Origin: Patellaria atrata CBS 101060
Taxonomy: Eukaryota
Assembly: GCA_010093705.1 (NCBI GenBank)
Contig: MU006101.1
Location: forward strand, 248,001 to 312,000
Direction: 5' to 3'
DNA length: 64,000 bases
In this document: positions 27,522 to 42,264 of the stretch, piece after piece
Position numbering within the stretch: the stretch's first letter is position 1
Layout: the number at the start of each line of letters is the position of its first letter
Program-made: the position numbers and the translations under genes
The notes under the pieces: model-generated
Database searches by the model: none
Told to the model about the DNA's origin: nothing
Seen by the model: only the letters and a program-made list of their open reading frames with translations

Positions 27522-28124
27522 TCAAACCGGTACAACTGGGGCAGTACCTGGTGCTGGTGCCACTGGCGGAGGGTCCATCGGTGGTGGCACATACTTTGGA
27601 GGGCTGCGAAGCAAGCGGTAAAGGAGGTAGAAGGTAGTGAGTAAGACCAAACCGAGAGGGACACCGAGACCGATAGCGAGCTTTTTGGTCAGTGAATCTC
27701 TCGGGCGGTCCACATAAATTCTATCAGCGTCGTTGTCGAATCGCCGAGCTGCTATCTTGGGAGTGTCTTTTCCGTCAAGGTTAGAGGGAAGCTGAAAGAA
27801 CTGGATCGAAGAGACATACCTAGGCCGCAGTCGGATTCGACCAAATCTCTGAAGTCACTGTCGTCTTTTGGACATTGCTTCACGCATTTGAGATATACTT
27901 CGCCGAAATCGCACATTTCGCTCCGGCGGTATCCAGTATGGGGGTTGTATGACGAAAGGAACTTTTTGGTGACCATTTGTTCAGCTGAATAAAAGGACCG
28001 ATTGCACTGAGAAACTTACGCAACAACTCTTCCAGCACGGGTCTCCGATTTCTCTACAGTCGTAGTAGCCTTGTGCAACCGCCGTCCCAACTAGAGCTAA
28101 CGTCGCAAGGAGGTAGAACCGCAT
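27522..28124 (-). CDS. Small single-pass membrane protein with Cys-rich ectodomain, 2 introns
   Basis: Signal peptide MRFYLLATLALVGTAVA; YYDCREIGDPCWKSC, intron GTAAGT; MCDFGEVYLKCVKQC..SDCGL, intron GTATGT; TM segment LAIGLGVPLGLVLLTTFYLLY; Pro-rich tail. Confidence 0.75.
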
Positions 28125-28665
28125 CGTCACTCTGGTGTATATAATACTTCGTGAAGGATGGTGTGTATGGATGGTTGAGAGAAGTGTATGGGAAGAAAGA
28201 AAAAAGAAAATGATAGAAGAAGCGGAAGATTCAACCTCTTAAGGGTGTCATCCTCGAGAGATCTGGAAAGAGCTCACCCAAACTTCCAAACCTGCAAGAA
28301 TACCGGGCTATCCTTCCGTAAGTAAGAGAAGTTTGAAAGAGCACTCCCATCTGCTGAAATCGCATAATGATTGGTGGTATTGCCCTATACAAGGCAAGGA
28401 TGTCCAGTCTACTGACAAGGAGAAGGTTACCATAAGGCAATAGATGGAAGTTGCTGATATCGGTTGACGGGAACGAGAAAGTCCACGCAATGCAACTGCC
28501 GGCCGTTAAGCATAGTTACTACTGCCTCGGACCTCCTCGTCTGTGCCTCGACAGTTCCACGTACAGCAACAGACACATGCGAACTACGAGACGGCAAGAG
28601 GCATCATCAATCAGTACCATAAATCTCCTCTCCGCAAAGGCCCACAGAACGTTCAATAACATCAG

Positions 28666-29775
28666 TCAAGCCTCCCCAACCGGCGTAGTAGGACTAACGG
28701 GCGCCTTACTCTTCTTCCTCTTCTTACCTAACAACCCCGGCGCCCCAGGCATCGTAGGACTAACCCCCACACCCTTCTCGCCAGCTTTCGCACTCATCTT
28801 CCGCACCGAAATCTGGGTAGCCAGCGGTGCCGGAGTTGGGTTCCTGCTCTCCTGTTTGATGACTGCAGCTGTCGTCTGCGCTTGCGCCTTCGCTTCCGCT
28901 TCTTTAGCCTTCGCCTCCGCTTGGACGCGGTCGTGCGAGGATTTGAAGACGAAGGTGCCTGGTTCGCCGACGAGTGGGTTTTCGTCCATGTATTCGGTTT
29001 CGTAGCGGAGGGAGGTGAGCAGGGAGTTGCGGAGATCGTACACCGTGCCGCCGGTCTTTCCGCCAGGTGCCGGTTTGGGAGGTTGCGTGGAGATCTGAGA
29101 TTGGTTGTCTGGTATTGGAGACCCGGCGCGGCTCCCTAGGGCGGATTGTGTAGCATTTGCGGCGGATGATTTCGTAGCTTTCGAGGGAGGTAGATAACTG
29201 TATCCTTGCGCGGGACTGAATATTGGGAGAGAGGTTGCTTTGTCGAAGAACTTCTGGAGCGAGAGTTCGGCAGAGAGAAGTCTCATCCTTAGAATGTCGC
29301 CCACTGATGGAGACTGGTATACGGCGTTATTAAGGATATAGTAAGAGCCTAAAACTACTATCTCATCAGGAAGACCGGGTCTCTTCCGTCTTTCCTGCTT
29401 TCTGATCACCCATATCCCATTGTCTGTTCCGTCAGGTAACTTCTGGGGCTCCTCAACAATGGCATACTCCAGCCCTTGCATAGCTCGCATGCGCGATTCC
29501 AGCGCGTTGCGATTGAGAAGAATCTCATCTCTAAATGGATTCTGGCTAATGATAGCCTGGAGATTCGAGGTTGGATCGAAAAAGGGAGACTTGGAGAAGT
29601 ATAGGAGGACTTTGAAGCTGTTGTTAGTCGCAAAGCTCAAATTAGGTTTGACTAGAAGCATACTGTGATCTGCCTTCAGGCCTCCATGAACACTATACGC
29701 CCATTGAAGAAATTGGGGATCCTCCCACCTTCGCTCATCTAACGCTACATCTGAACTCATTGTTAAATTGTTCAT
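28666..29775 (-). CDS. MED6: Mediator complex subunit 6
   Basis: YFSKSPFFDPTSN, MQGLEYAI, WVIRKQER and SYYILNNAVYQSPSVGDIL; probable 54-nt intron 29610-29663; start may be the second Met. Confidence 0.93.
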   Translation of the reverse strand: MNNLTMSSDVALDERRWEDPQFLQWAYSVHGGLKADHSMLLVKPNLSFATNNSFKVLLYFSKSPFFDPTSNLQAIISQNPFRDEILLNRNALESRMRAMQGLEYAIVEEPQKLPDGTDNGIWVIRKQERRKRPGLPDEIVVLGSYYILNNAVYQSPSVGDILRMRLLSAELSLQKFFDKATSLPIFSPAQGYSYLPPSKATKSSAANATQSALGSRAGSPIPDNQSQISTQPPKPAPGGKTGGTVYDLRNSLLTSLRYETEYMDENPLVGEPGTFVFKSSHDRVQAEAKAKEAEAKAQAQTTAAVIKQESRNPTPAPLATQISVRKMSAKAGEKGVGVSPTMPGAPGLLGKKRKKSKAPVSPTTPVGEA

Positions 29776-29924
29776 GGAGATCGAAGAGGTTAAACGTTCA
29801 AGGGAGCTTCACCACCCGAGTCATGCAGCCCTAAATATCTTGGCTTGCTTGACTTTACCTCATTCCCGTCTCGAACTTCAGACCTTCCACTACTGCAAGA
29901 CTACAAGCTACCTTACCGTTCACC

Positions 29925-30964
29925 ATGGACTTGTTACAGAGCGTTAGGAAAGAAGGCAGTCGGTACGTAACCAGTAGCCCCAAGTTCTACCATAGCTGAC
30001 CAAATCCACAGCGGCGGCCGAGCCGACTTCAAATGGGAAGACGTGAAAGGAGACGCCCAGCGTGAGAACTACCTAGGCCATTCCCTGATGGCGCGTACGT
30101 CCACTCAATCCCCAATCCGGTACTCACTACTAACAAGCACCAGCCGTCGGCCGCTGGCAAAAAAACCGCGATCTGAGCTGGTACGCCAAATCCGGGGACA
30201 ACTCCGCGCAATCCGAAGCCGACAAGCGCAAGGAGGAGATCCGCCGAATCAAAGAAGCGGAAGAGGACGCCATGGCTGCCGCACTCGGCCTTCCCGTACC
30301 TGTACGTAATAATCCCAATCTGGCACCACTTGGGCAAAGGGCCAGTGAGGCGGACGTGAAGAGAGCGCTTGCGGAGACGGCGGCGGAAAATGAGAATGAG
30401 AATGAAGATGATGTGAAAGGGGTAGGATTTGGCCACTTTGAGGGTGTCCAGGGCAAAGATCAGGGCAGTCAGAGAGAGGTTCTCCAGGGCACAAGAGTGG
30501 AAAACGAACCGTATTCAGAGAAAGGGTTATCCAGAAGGGAAAGGAAGAGGGAGCGAGACACGAGAAATAGACGACGGGACAGGAGTCGAGATTGCGATCG
30601 GCGAGATAAGCACCGCAAGATAGATGACGATAAGGGGCGACGAAGGCGGCGACATTCACGTAGCCGATCGAGAGCTAGAGAAGGCGAGAAGAACAGACGT
30701 CGGCACCGTTCTTCTCGATCCAGGGAAGTACATCGGCGAAGATCAAGATCTATGTCACGAGAGGATTATTGGCGCCAGTCGCGATCCAGGTCTAGAGATG
30801 TACGCTGTCGTAGGCGGAGATCTACATCTAGGGAGCCACCAAGGCAATCAAAAGACGTATACCGACGTCGTTCTCCTCCGAGCTCCCCGGAACCTTATCG
30901 TCGTCGATCACGGTCGAGATCTCGAGATCGATATAAATACCGGGCGAGGTCGAGGTCGCCTTAG
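29925..30964 (+). CDS. MMtag-domain (multiple myeloma tumour-associated protein 2-like) RS-rich protein, 2 introns
   Basis: Spliced N-terminus [54 protein letters not shown]; Arg/Ser-rich C-terminus. Confidence 0.88.
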
Positions 30965-32208
30965 CGTAATATGGTAGTGCAATTGAACGAACAAAACCTT
31001 CAGGAATGAGGAAAGTGTTGAATATTATTATTGATTTTTTATCTGATTTCGAGTGCGGTATCCCTAGTAGTGTTCATGCGAACTTGTGGCTACAATAAGT
31101 AAAACTTACGTTGAATATCTTGTAGAAAACCCTCTAAAGTGGTAAATATAGCTAAGGGAAACGTGGACGTCTCTTAAGTCATATACTATAGTTGATTTAT
31201 AACAGCTCTATAAATATCTTAATATTGACTTTAAACAAATCAAAACACAAGTTGAATATTAGAACAAGTATAAATATACTCTTAAAATTTTTAGATATTA
31301 CTATAAGGAGATATAGGGACCGATTCTGATACTGTGAGTATGAAATACTACTCTAGACTCCCTCACATCCCGCACACAAAGTCACAAACACACCTCACAC
31401 CTCTTCTTAATCCGGTAATAGACATCTCCAATATATTCCTTCCCAAGGGGCCACTTCCCGTGTTCCGCCGTGGTGCCGTTGGGGTTGGTGCTCTCCTTTG
31501 TCAGCTATCCTATCCAAATTTCCTTTCAGTCTACGTTCGAAACTCGCTAACGCCAATTTCACTACAGCGGAACAAAATTTTTTTTCTTCTTTTAAATCTC
31601 CCCTCTTTTCATTTTGCTTGGAGGCTAGGTTCCCCACCCCCCTTTTTTAAGGTAGGGTGGGAAAGGAGTTTTTTAATTATGGGGATTTGGGGTCAAGCTT
31701 GAAGTTCTAGTATCCTCGGAATACTTAGGGAAAGGTAAAATATCCGTTCATGTAACTATACATAAAGAGCGGACAAGTATATCATGAGGAAAACAGGGGC
31801 TACTAGGGAAAGAACTAGACAAACGACAGGATAGGGCCCCCAGGGTCTGTATTGGTTTTTGAAAGAGGTGATTTCACGAAAAAGGTGGATCAGTTGCGGT
31901 AGAAGCAATCAGCATAATAGCATTGTCGTAGACGCAATAGAATTGCAATCAGATATCCCTTTCCGAGGCAAACTAGCACAAACCTTACCACTCTCAAAAG
32001 CAGTTTGTACAAACTCACTATCACGGACAATCAACTCAAAGACCCAGTATAAAAGTCTCCAGCATCTGCTACTTCTGACCTGAACAAACCTTCACACGAG
32101 CAAGCTAAGCAACTACAGGACAATTGTACAAGAACTTACACAACTGCTTCTAACCTTCATAAATCCCTCCCGACTACTAAACTATCCGCACAAGGCAATA
32201 TTTTCAAC

Positions 32209-32759
32209 ATGGGCANNNNNNNNNNNNNNNNNNNNNNNNNNNNNNNNNNNNNNNNNNNNNNNNNNNNNNNNNNNNNNNNNNNNNNNNNNNNNNNNNNNNN
32301 NNNNNNNNNNNNNNNAAAAAAAAGACAATTACTCATTGCAAATCCGATGGAGAGGAAGAAGGGATTAAAAATAGAAGCACACGTACCGTCGAATGCGAAC
32401 CAGACCCGACCATCGCGGTTGGACCCATAACAATAGAAGGGGTGCGAACGGAGACATTCCCCACTATTTCGTCGGCTGGCTACTCCAGCATTGATGAGTT
32501 AATCCCGCCTGGGCTAATTGTTGGGGATCAGGATGGAAACCCGTCACCTTGCGTTATTCCGCGTTTAACTTTGCGGAGAAGTAACAGCGACTTGCCCATT
32601 GAAAGAAGGTTTGGGTTATCTTCAGCCGAGAGTTGGGAGAATGCGTTACAAGGAGGCCCTACCGAAGTTGAACCCAAGATAGAACGGACAGAAGAGAAGG
32701 ATGTGGATGGGCCACCACTTAAGCAGGAGGAGACTGGGGCCAAGGGAGTCCTTTGTTAG
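32209..32759 (+). CDS. Hypothetical protein interrupted by an assembly gap
   Basis: TATAAAAG at 32048, CA-rich leader and ttttcaacATGGGCA directly before the N run; one frame is open from the gap end (32316) to TAG 32759. Confidence 0.45.
32216..32315. other. Assembly gap (100 N, true size unknown)
   Basis: Run of n. Confidence 1.
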
Positions 32760-34096
32760 GTCCAATACGAAGTCTTACAATAAATCGAAAGGTCAAAGTC
32801 AAGAAGGAACCGGATGAGTAGTTATGGAGGATATATCTCGGACTGACCACCGATTATCTTCCTCTTTGTAATGATAGATGGTTCGATTAGTATTGAAATA
32901 AGAAATGGGGCATATCATGAACAGACCGTTCACCAAGTGGCTAAGGTTGTTTGAAATTTCCGAATCTGGTGAAGAACTTTTCTTGCCCAGTGACAGTATA
33001 GTGCAGCATTTCTACACCTTTACAAACATAAGTTGGCATATTTTGTACTTACATCCAATGATTCCCATCCGATTCAGCGTCCCAGGACGTCATCTTAGTG
33101 AATGTATAGAACATCCGATCGTGGTGGTTAAAGTTGCGAAGACGTACGGTAAAGAGCGCAATGCATCGGTTCACAGTTATCCAAACGCTAGAAATCGATT
33201 CGTCTGGAAATGAGGATTAGCTACTCCATGTATAATTGTATTCGAGGGGCGTTACGGCTGGATTACGGTTGAGGCTCTCCTGGAGGGTTATATTTCTAGA
33301 TGTAGAGGATGAAGAAAAGATAAACAAGTAAGCTCTAGTGGCTGTGATAACCTAATTTGACATTCTTCCGGAACGAAATACTCAAGGTCTATTCCTGGAA
33401 CAAGAAAAGCAAGTTTCCTAATGGTGAGCTAGAATAAACATTTCAAATAAGCAAGGTCTTTAACATACAATCGGTCCAGCTTTGTTCAATATACCATATT
33501 CTCATCGCTCTGTGTGAATGTGTAGAAAAGCATGAGCTTTCCTTTCCGGAGAAGAGTGGAGAGAAGGTAAGGTAGGTCGGCACCGTTGATGAGAACATGG
33601 AAGGTGCAGTCGGGATAGGGGCGATACTGACTAAGGGCGTTCATGTACAGTACCAGCGGAAGCTAACTACCCTAGAGAAGAAGTCGATAGAATTTATGGA
33701 TGCAAGGCTATTGGAAGTATCAAAAGGAGAAACTAGAGCGTCCTAGAACGCATGAAATGGAATTCGTGGAGGAATGGTGAAAATTTTTAGGGAAAGGATT
33801 CTAGGCTACAATTCCTATATCTGCTCATCCGATCTCCTCGTGTTCACAGTAAAAGTAAATTCCACATCCTCCCAAAACAATTCAATCACCGATGGTGCTC
33901 ACCCTGCCTATCGCCCATTTTGTGAATGTGAAGATGTACTCAAACTTATGATCCATTGTAAGAAAAGAGGTACTCCCACAGGTGAAACTTGCCCCCATGT
34001 TGTGCATACCATTGATCGTCTAACATGATAACTGAATACGCTTATTGGGGTCAGTATTCAGGAGGATGACCGGGAATTCTACAAGTCAAGCCTACC

Positions 34097-35700
<1,604 letters not shown>

Positions 35701-36869
35701 TGTGATAGATTAGGTTGGAGAATATAGGATTGGGAGCGTAGTCGGACGATATCGGGAGGGTCTGAAAGCAATGACAGTTAGGTTTGACAGATGGATAATA
35801 GTGTCGAACAGAATATACCTGTGGAAGAGGTCGAATGGAGGTTTGGTTGAAGTTGGGAAAAGGAAGATGCACAAGCAACGGTAGGTGTGTGCTGAGTGCT
35901 GAGTGCTAAATAAGCGGCAACAACGTTCTTTCCAGAAATAGAGGGGGTTGGCTCCCTAAAATCCACACCCACAACAAAATTTTGATCTCTCAAGGATTTC
36001 GATAATGCAACTCTCTCGATTTTCTCTGTTATCTGAGGAATTCGGTAGGTTGACCGTTGGGCTACAACTGCTAACTTCATATAAACCTGTCTCGTCAGGC
36101 AACAGAATAAACCATAAAACGTTGTACACGCGTACGTCCTGCCACAACCTTACAGCCCATGGAAAGTTTTTCTTCGCAACACCCTCTTACACTCCGTCAA
36201 ACCAGGCAATATCCATTGTAGCTTGGCAGCCATCCTTAGACGCCCGAACTGTCATACTAATTACACTGTGTGATAGAAGCTCGAGGAGGATATCAAACAG
36301 GATAACGAGCGCTAATAATATGCATCCTTTTCCCAGCCATTCTCACCGCCAGTGCTGTTGAGATGCCCTGCCCTTCCATTTGCGTCTATGGGGTCTGGCC
36401 GAGTTCCGCCCTCCCCGCCATATCAGTCACGTGAAATGAGGGGTAAAGGGGTGGAATCTCCCCCGACAGGGCCACCTGAAGCTTAGCGGAACTCCCGACC
36501 TTTTCATCTGGTGAATGAATGCGCAGCGGAATACCTGGAAAGGTATACAGTACTGTACTGGAAGGAGCTCGGGAGTCTTGATAGTCTCCGTCGCCAAAGC
36601 TAAGGTTGCTGATGGACATCCAGGGAAGTTGAAAGAAGCCCGAAGTTCATTCACGAACCCCGCCTCGTCATGGCGAGCGAGTCAAGGTACTTGTAGTATC
36701 AATACTTCGTTAAATAAGGTATATTTCTCTATGCAATAAAACTACGACAGAATATTTCACGATATAAACTTTTACAAGCTTTATATCTCTTCTTCAGTCC
36801 TCTCTAGCTATCCGATTCTAAATCGGGATACCAACCTGTTCGCGTTTCAGTTGAGATTTTTGCACGACA

Positions 36870-37565
36870 ATGAACGATCCGGCCCTTAGCAACCTCCTCA
36901 AATGGGGAATTGAAAATTCGGAAGCATCTCGTAACGACCCACCTCCAGGACGAGAACCACGCGGCCAGCTAGATGCACAAACCCTCGCCGCTCTCTTAGG
37001 CGGACCCTCCGACGCCGACCTCATGCGAGAAGCCATGGCTGCGATCCAGTCCCCAGAACTTGATCTAGAAAACAAATTAGTAGCATTCGACAACTTTGAA
37101 CAACTGATCGAGAATCTGGATAATGCGAACAACATGGAGCAGCTAGGATTGTGGATGCCCCTGGTAGAGCAGCTGAAGCACGAAGAAGCGGAGATGAGAA
37201 GGATGGCGGCCTGGTGTATTGGGACCGCGGTACAGAATAATCTTAAGTCGCAGGAGAGGGTAAGTGGGACTCTATTCGGAATCCCTTACTGCTATAGAGA
37301 CTAACGGTAATAACAGTTACTCACACTCTCCGCATACCCAACCCTAATAGATCTGGGCATGAACGACGAGTCGGAACCCGTCCGCAAAAAGGCTATTCTG
37401 GCTCTATCCTCGGGTGTACGAAACTTCCAACCAGGCCTGGATTCGGTGGTGAAGCATCTTCCCGAGTCACACAAGCCGGAGGGGAAACTCGACGCCAACG
37501 ATATGAAGGCCGTGGATACTGTAATTCAGAGGCTAAGAGACGAGTCAGCTAGTAAGGGTCGATAG
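36870..37565 (+). CDS. FES1: Hsp70 nucleotide exchange factor Fes1, intron 37260-37316
   Basis: [50 protein letters not shown] and [15 protein letters not shown]. Confidence 0.95.
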
Positions 37566-37777
37566 TCATATATCCCACCATAAAACAAACCCACATATAA
37601 AATAGACGGTGTCGGCGTTGCAGGATGGAATAAGAGGTCACACGGGTACAATTGCATAGTTATAGTCTTCGATAGATATGCTAGTTCGATTAGAATACTA
37701 GCAACACAATTTTCATAAGCCATCAACATATCTCATTTTTTTTGTTGCCCTCCCACCCATTCTCACCTCACACACCC

Positions 37778-38340
37778 CTATATAACATCCAACCCCAACC
37801 CAACCAACTCCTCCCACTCCTCCCTCCCCACCCCGTTCCCCCGTCTCTCAAGCCCCAGCCCCACGATCATAGTCCGCTTCTCCTCCCCATCCCGCTGCAC
37901 CACCGCGCTCGCCAGCTGCGTCGCGAGAACCTGCCCCACGGTGTCTAGCCCCGCAACCGTCCCTCCCAGAACAGTCGTCGCAGTCAGGTGCGGTAGAGGG
38001 AGGAGGTCGGAAGGAGGGTAGGCGGAGGGGTCGTAGGGATCTGTAGCGAGGGAGGCGAGGGAGGAAGTCGGGGTTGACGAGGTGAGGGGGACGTGGAGCT
38101 GGGGAGGTTAGCTGTGTTGGTGGTGTGAGGTGTGAGAGAGGGGAGGAGGATGAGGGAGGGGAAGGAAGGGGGATTTACCCAGTGAGCTAGCTTCCCCCGC
38201 TGCGAGATCGTGATTAGGATTTTGTCGGCGAAGAAGAGTGATGTGGCTGTTGTGGGGATGTTGGCGATTAGTTTGGAAGCTGTTTTGGAGCGTGTGGGGA
38301 AAGGGGTGGCGGTTGTTGAGATGGGTGGGGGATTTGTCAT
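37778..38340 (-). CDS. Proteasome assembly chaperone 3 (PAC3/PSMG3)-like protein, one intron, apparent 3' frameshift
   Basis: PFPTRSKTAS..FADKILITISQRGKLAHW|LHVPL, HLTATTVLGG, VLATQLASAV..EKRTMIVGLGL. Confidence 0.7.
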
Positions 38341-38566
38341 CGTCGTTGCATTATTGGAGTCGTGGATAGTTATTTGGAATGAGGGATGCAATCGTTTGTG
38401 TGGATTGAAAATAACGTATAATTTTGTAGCATGTGAGCTTTGATTATTTGCAGCTGGAGGTAGAAGACACTGCCAAGCAAGCGTCTTCCGCCCGCTGATC
38501 CCCGCTCCGCAAAACCAAAAATTATTTTGGTCCCAAGCGGAGAGCAACGACACTACCTAAGGGAGA

Positions 38567-41500
38567 ATGCCCAAGTTCGTGCCGCGCCAGCGCAAGCACA
38601 AAGCTCGAGCGAGACAGCAGAACGGTACTCCAAGCCACGAAGCCGAAAATGGCGATCCTAATGCCCTCGAGCTACTACCGACCGCGCAGCGCGAGCGGGA
38701 AGAGAAAAAGAGGAAGTTGAAGCACAAATTGAAGGGGCAACAGAAGATTTCGGTGAAGAAGCAGAAGAGGTTGGATAAATACATCGTATGTTCTCTCCTT
38801 GCCCTGAACTATCGACGTGGATGGCTGATTGTGTGGGACTTTACTAGGATAGTAAATTGAAGAAGGAGGAGAATCTAGAGCTCATTAAGAAGCTGACACA
38901 GACGAAAGTCGATACGTCGTTATTTCGCAGCTCGAAGAAGTTGGGTCGTGTGTCGGAGTCGAAGCGGGAGGCGCTTTCTAGAGCTTTGAAAGAGAGGAGA
39001 GCTGGGATTGAGGTTGAGAAGAATGATGAGGTGCTGCTCGAGCCCCGGAGAATAAATGAAAATGGGAATGGGGATGAAGATGCTTCCGAATTGGAAGAGC
39101 AGGAAGATAATACTGAGCCCAGTACAATACCCGTCGAACAGCAGATCAACAGCTTCGGTAGTGGATTAAAGAGACCCCTGGAGCTGGATGAGAATGGAAG
39201 ACCAATTATTAAGAAGAGAAAGGTTGCAAAAGCTGAGAAAATAGAACTGGTAACGGAAGAGCCGGAATGGGAGGGTTTTAGCTCCGAGGACGAAGACAAG
39301 GACGGGGAGGAGCATGATCATAGTGAATCGGAGAGTTTGTCGAATTCAGATGGGAACGACAGCGCAGCAACCGATAGTTCGCATGATGGGGGCGAGTTAG
39401 ATGGATCAGGAGAATCTGAAGAGTCAAATACAGATACAGATGTCTCTTTGGATTCGGATGATAAGAGAAAACGGAAGGAAAGATCATCAGCTTTTAAATC
39501 GTGGGCCACACAGCAAAGGAACAAAGTTATTGGATTTATTCCTAGTGGCCCTATTACTAATGGCGATATTGAACAAACTGCTACGATACCAAAGGTTCCT
39601 GGTTTCGTACCGCGTCCCAAAGAGGATGATCCACTACCTCCAGAGTTAGAAATCAAGACTAAAGCAGAAGTGCTGAGAAAAGCATATCATGTCACTGTTG
39701 ACAGATCCCAGGATATTCAGGAAGCTCGTTTAGCATTACCTGTGGTAGCGGAAGAGCAAAAGATTATGGAGGCTGTATTCAATAACGATGTTATAGTAGT
39801 GTGGGGAGCTACTGGAAGCGGGAAAACGACGCAAGTTCCGCAATTCTTATATGAGGCTGGATATGGAGATCCCAAAGGTCCCACTCCCGGCATGATAGGA
39901 GTTACCCAACCACGCCGCGTTGCTGCGGTAAGCATGGCGAAGCGCGTAGGCGAGGAGTTGGGGAGAGCGAAAGAGAAGGTCTCTTATCAGATCAGGTTTG
40001 AGAGCTCCGTGAGCGCCCAAACTGCTGTCAAGTTCATGACGGACGGAGTTTTATTACGGGAAATTGCTCAAGACTTCGCTTTGAGAAAATACTCTGCGAT
40101 TGTTATAGACGAGGCTCACGAGAGAAGTGTGAACACTGATATACTCATCGGCATGATGAGCAGGATCGTGGATCTACGATCTACCATGTCCAACGAGGAC
40201 CCGACGATTACTCCTCTAAAACTTATTATAATGTCTGCTACCTTACGAATATCTGATTTTATAAAAAATGAGCGTCTGTTCCGGAAGGGGTCACCACCGC
40301 TTTTGCAAGCAGAAGGTCGTCAATATCCAGTTACTATTCATTTTTCACGAAGGACGCAGAGGGATTACCTGGAAGAAGCCTTTCGGAAGATTAGTCGAGG
40401 CCATAAAAAGCTACCACCTGGCGGTATACTTGTTTTCTTAACCGGTCAGAACGAAATCACAACTCTTTTGAAACGGTTAAAGGCCACCTTTGCGTCAACT
40501 CAAGGGGATGTAGCCAAGCAGCCACCTGTCAGAGTGTCAAGCGCGGAAGCTCCTCTTGAAGTCGACGACTTCGAATTTGGCACAGCTGGGAACGACTTTG
40601 GATACGACTCAGATTCCGAGGCCGAAATCCACGGCCTTGATGACGAGGATGACGACAAAGAGTTTGATATTGGCGAAGAAGATGATTTCAAGCCAGATCA
40701 ATTAAAGGTCCACGTGCTTCCGTTATACTCTCAGCTTCCAACACAGCAGCAGCTAAGAGTCTTTGAGAAGCCACCCGACGGCTCACGATTGATTGTGATA
40801 GCAACCAACGTAGCGGAGACCAGTTTGACCATACCGGGAATTCGGTACGTCTTTGATTGTGGTAGATCTAAAGAAAAGAAATATGACCCAATTACTGGAG
40901 TCCAGAGCTTCGAAATAGGCTGGATTAGCAAAGCGAGTGCAAGTCAACGAGCCGGTCGTGCGGGCCGTACCGGTCCAGGACATTGTTATCGTCTTTATTC
41001 ATCCGCTGTGTTCGAACGAGATTTCGAAGAATATGCCGTGCCAGAGATATTGCGAGCGCCAATCGACGGTATTGTACTACAACTCAAGAGCATGAATCTG
41101 CAACATGTAGTCAATTTTCCTTTCCCAACACCTCCCGATCGACATGCGCTCGCAAAAGCGGAAAAAATGCTCACCTATCTTGGTGCTATTTCTCTAGATG
41201 GCAAGGTAACGGGTTCAGGTCGAGAACTCGCGCTTTACCCTCTGAGCCCTAGATTCGCTCGCATGCTTTATATCGGGCAGAAACGGAATTGCACCGCGTA
41301 TGCTATTGCTTTGATCGCCGCCCTCGCTGTTCCCGATATCTTCGTACCGCAAAACCAAGTCAATTTCAATGATAACTCCCTTTCAAATGATATAGACGAG
41401 GAGGAACGTGAACAACACCGTAAAGATTTCAACCGTGCCCAGTCTAAACTATCGGGCTGGGACAGAACCAGCGACGCTCTCAAGCTGCTCACCGCTATAT

Positions 41501-42264
41501 GCGCATTCGCAGCGGCCCCTTCTAATGGTAGGGAAGCCTTCACTACCTCCATGTTCCTCCGCCACAAAGCCCTCGAAGAAGCAACTCAGCTTCGCGAACA
41601 ACTTACCGCAATTGTCCGCTCCACACGCCCCAAAACAATAGGAGCTTGGGAAGAGCAACTTCCGCCTCCCGACAAACGCATCCTCGAGACCCTCAAGAAC
41701 ATCGTCGCGGCCGGCTTCATCGACCAAGTTGCCATCCGCGCAGATCTTTCTCCTACCCCTCCCGGCGAAGAAACGAGAAAACCGAAACGGGCGATAGACG
41801 TGCCATACATCACGCTTTTCCTTTCCTCAATCGGTAGTACGAGGACGGAAGAAGTAGCAAGATACGTTTATATCTACCCTTCCTCCATGCTTGCTCACAC
41901 CGCTCCGAAAACACTCCCGAAATACCTTGTTTACAGTCATCTCTCACGATCTAACCCCTCGGGTCCAATATCTACCATCTCTGACACCGTCTCACAAACC
42001 AAAACACGCCTTCATCCCTTGACGCCGATCCCGGAGTCAAGGCTCGCGGAACTGGTACATGGGACCCCGCTCATGGAGTTCGGGAAGCCGTTGGGTGGTA
42101 TCAGGCCTTTACCGAGGGAGAACGGGTATGAGAGACGGGAGTGTACGGTCGGGAGGAGCGTGGTAGGGGAAAAGGGAGGGCAGAGCTGGCCGTTGTCGAC
42201 GGTGAGGGTGGTGCAGAGGAGAAGGGGCACGGTTGGGTGGGTGGTTGAGAAAGTGGTTGGGTAA
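38567..42264 (+). CDS. DHR1: DEAH-box RNA helicase Dhr1/Ecm16 (DHX37), intron 38786-38847
   Basis: MPKFVPRQRKHK N-terminus; GATGSGKTTQ, TQPRRVAA, DEAHERS, SAT, ATNVAETSLT and QRAGRAGR motifs. Confidence 0.96.

Noticed and set aside
31140..31320. AT/TpA-rich patch as a RIP-mutated transposon
   Set aside because: Short; no terminal repeats or transposase/RT remnants recognisable
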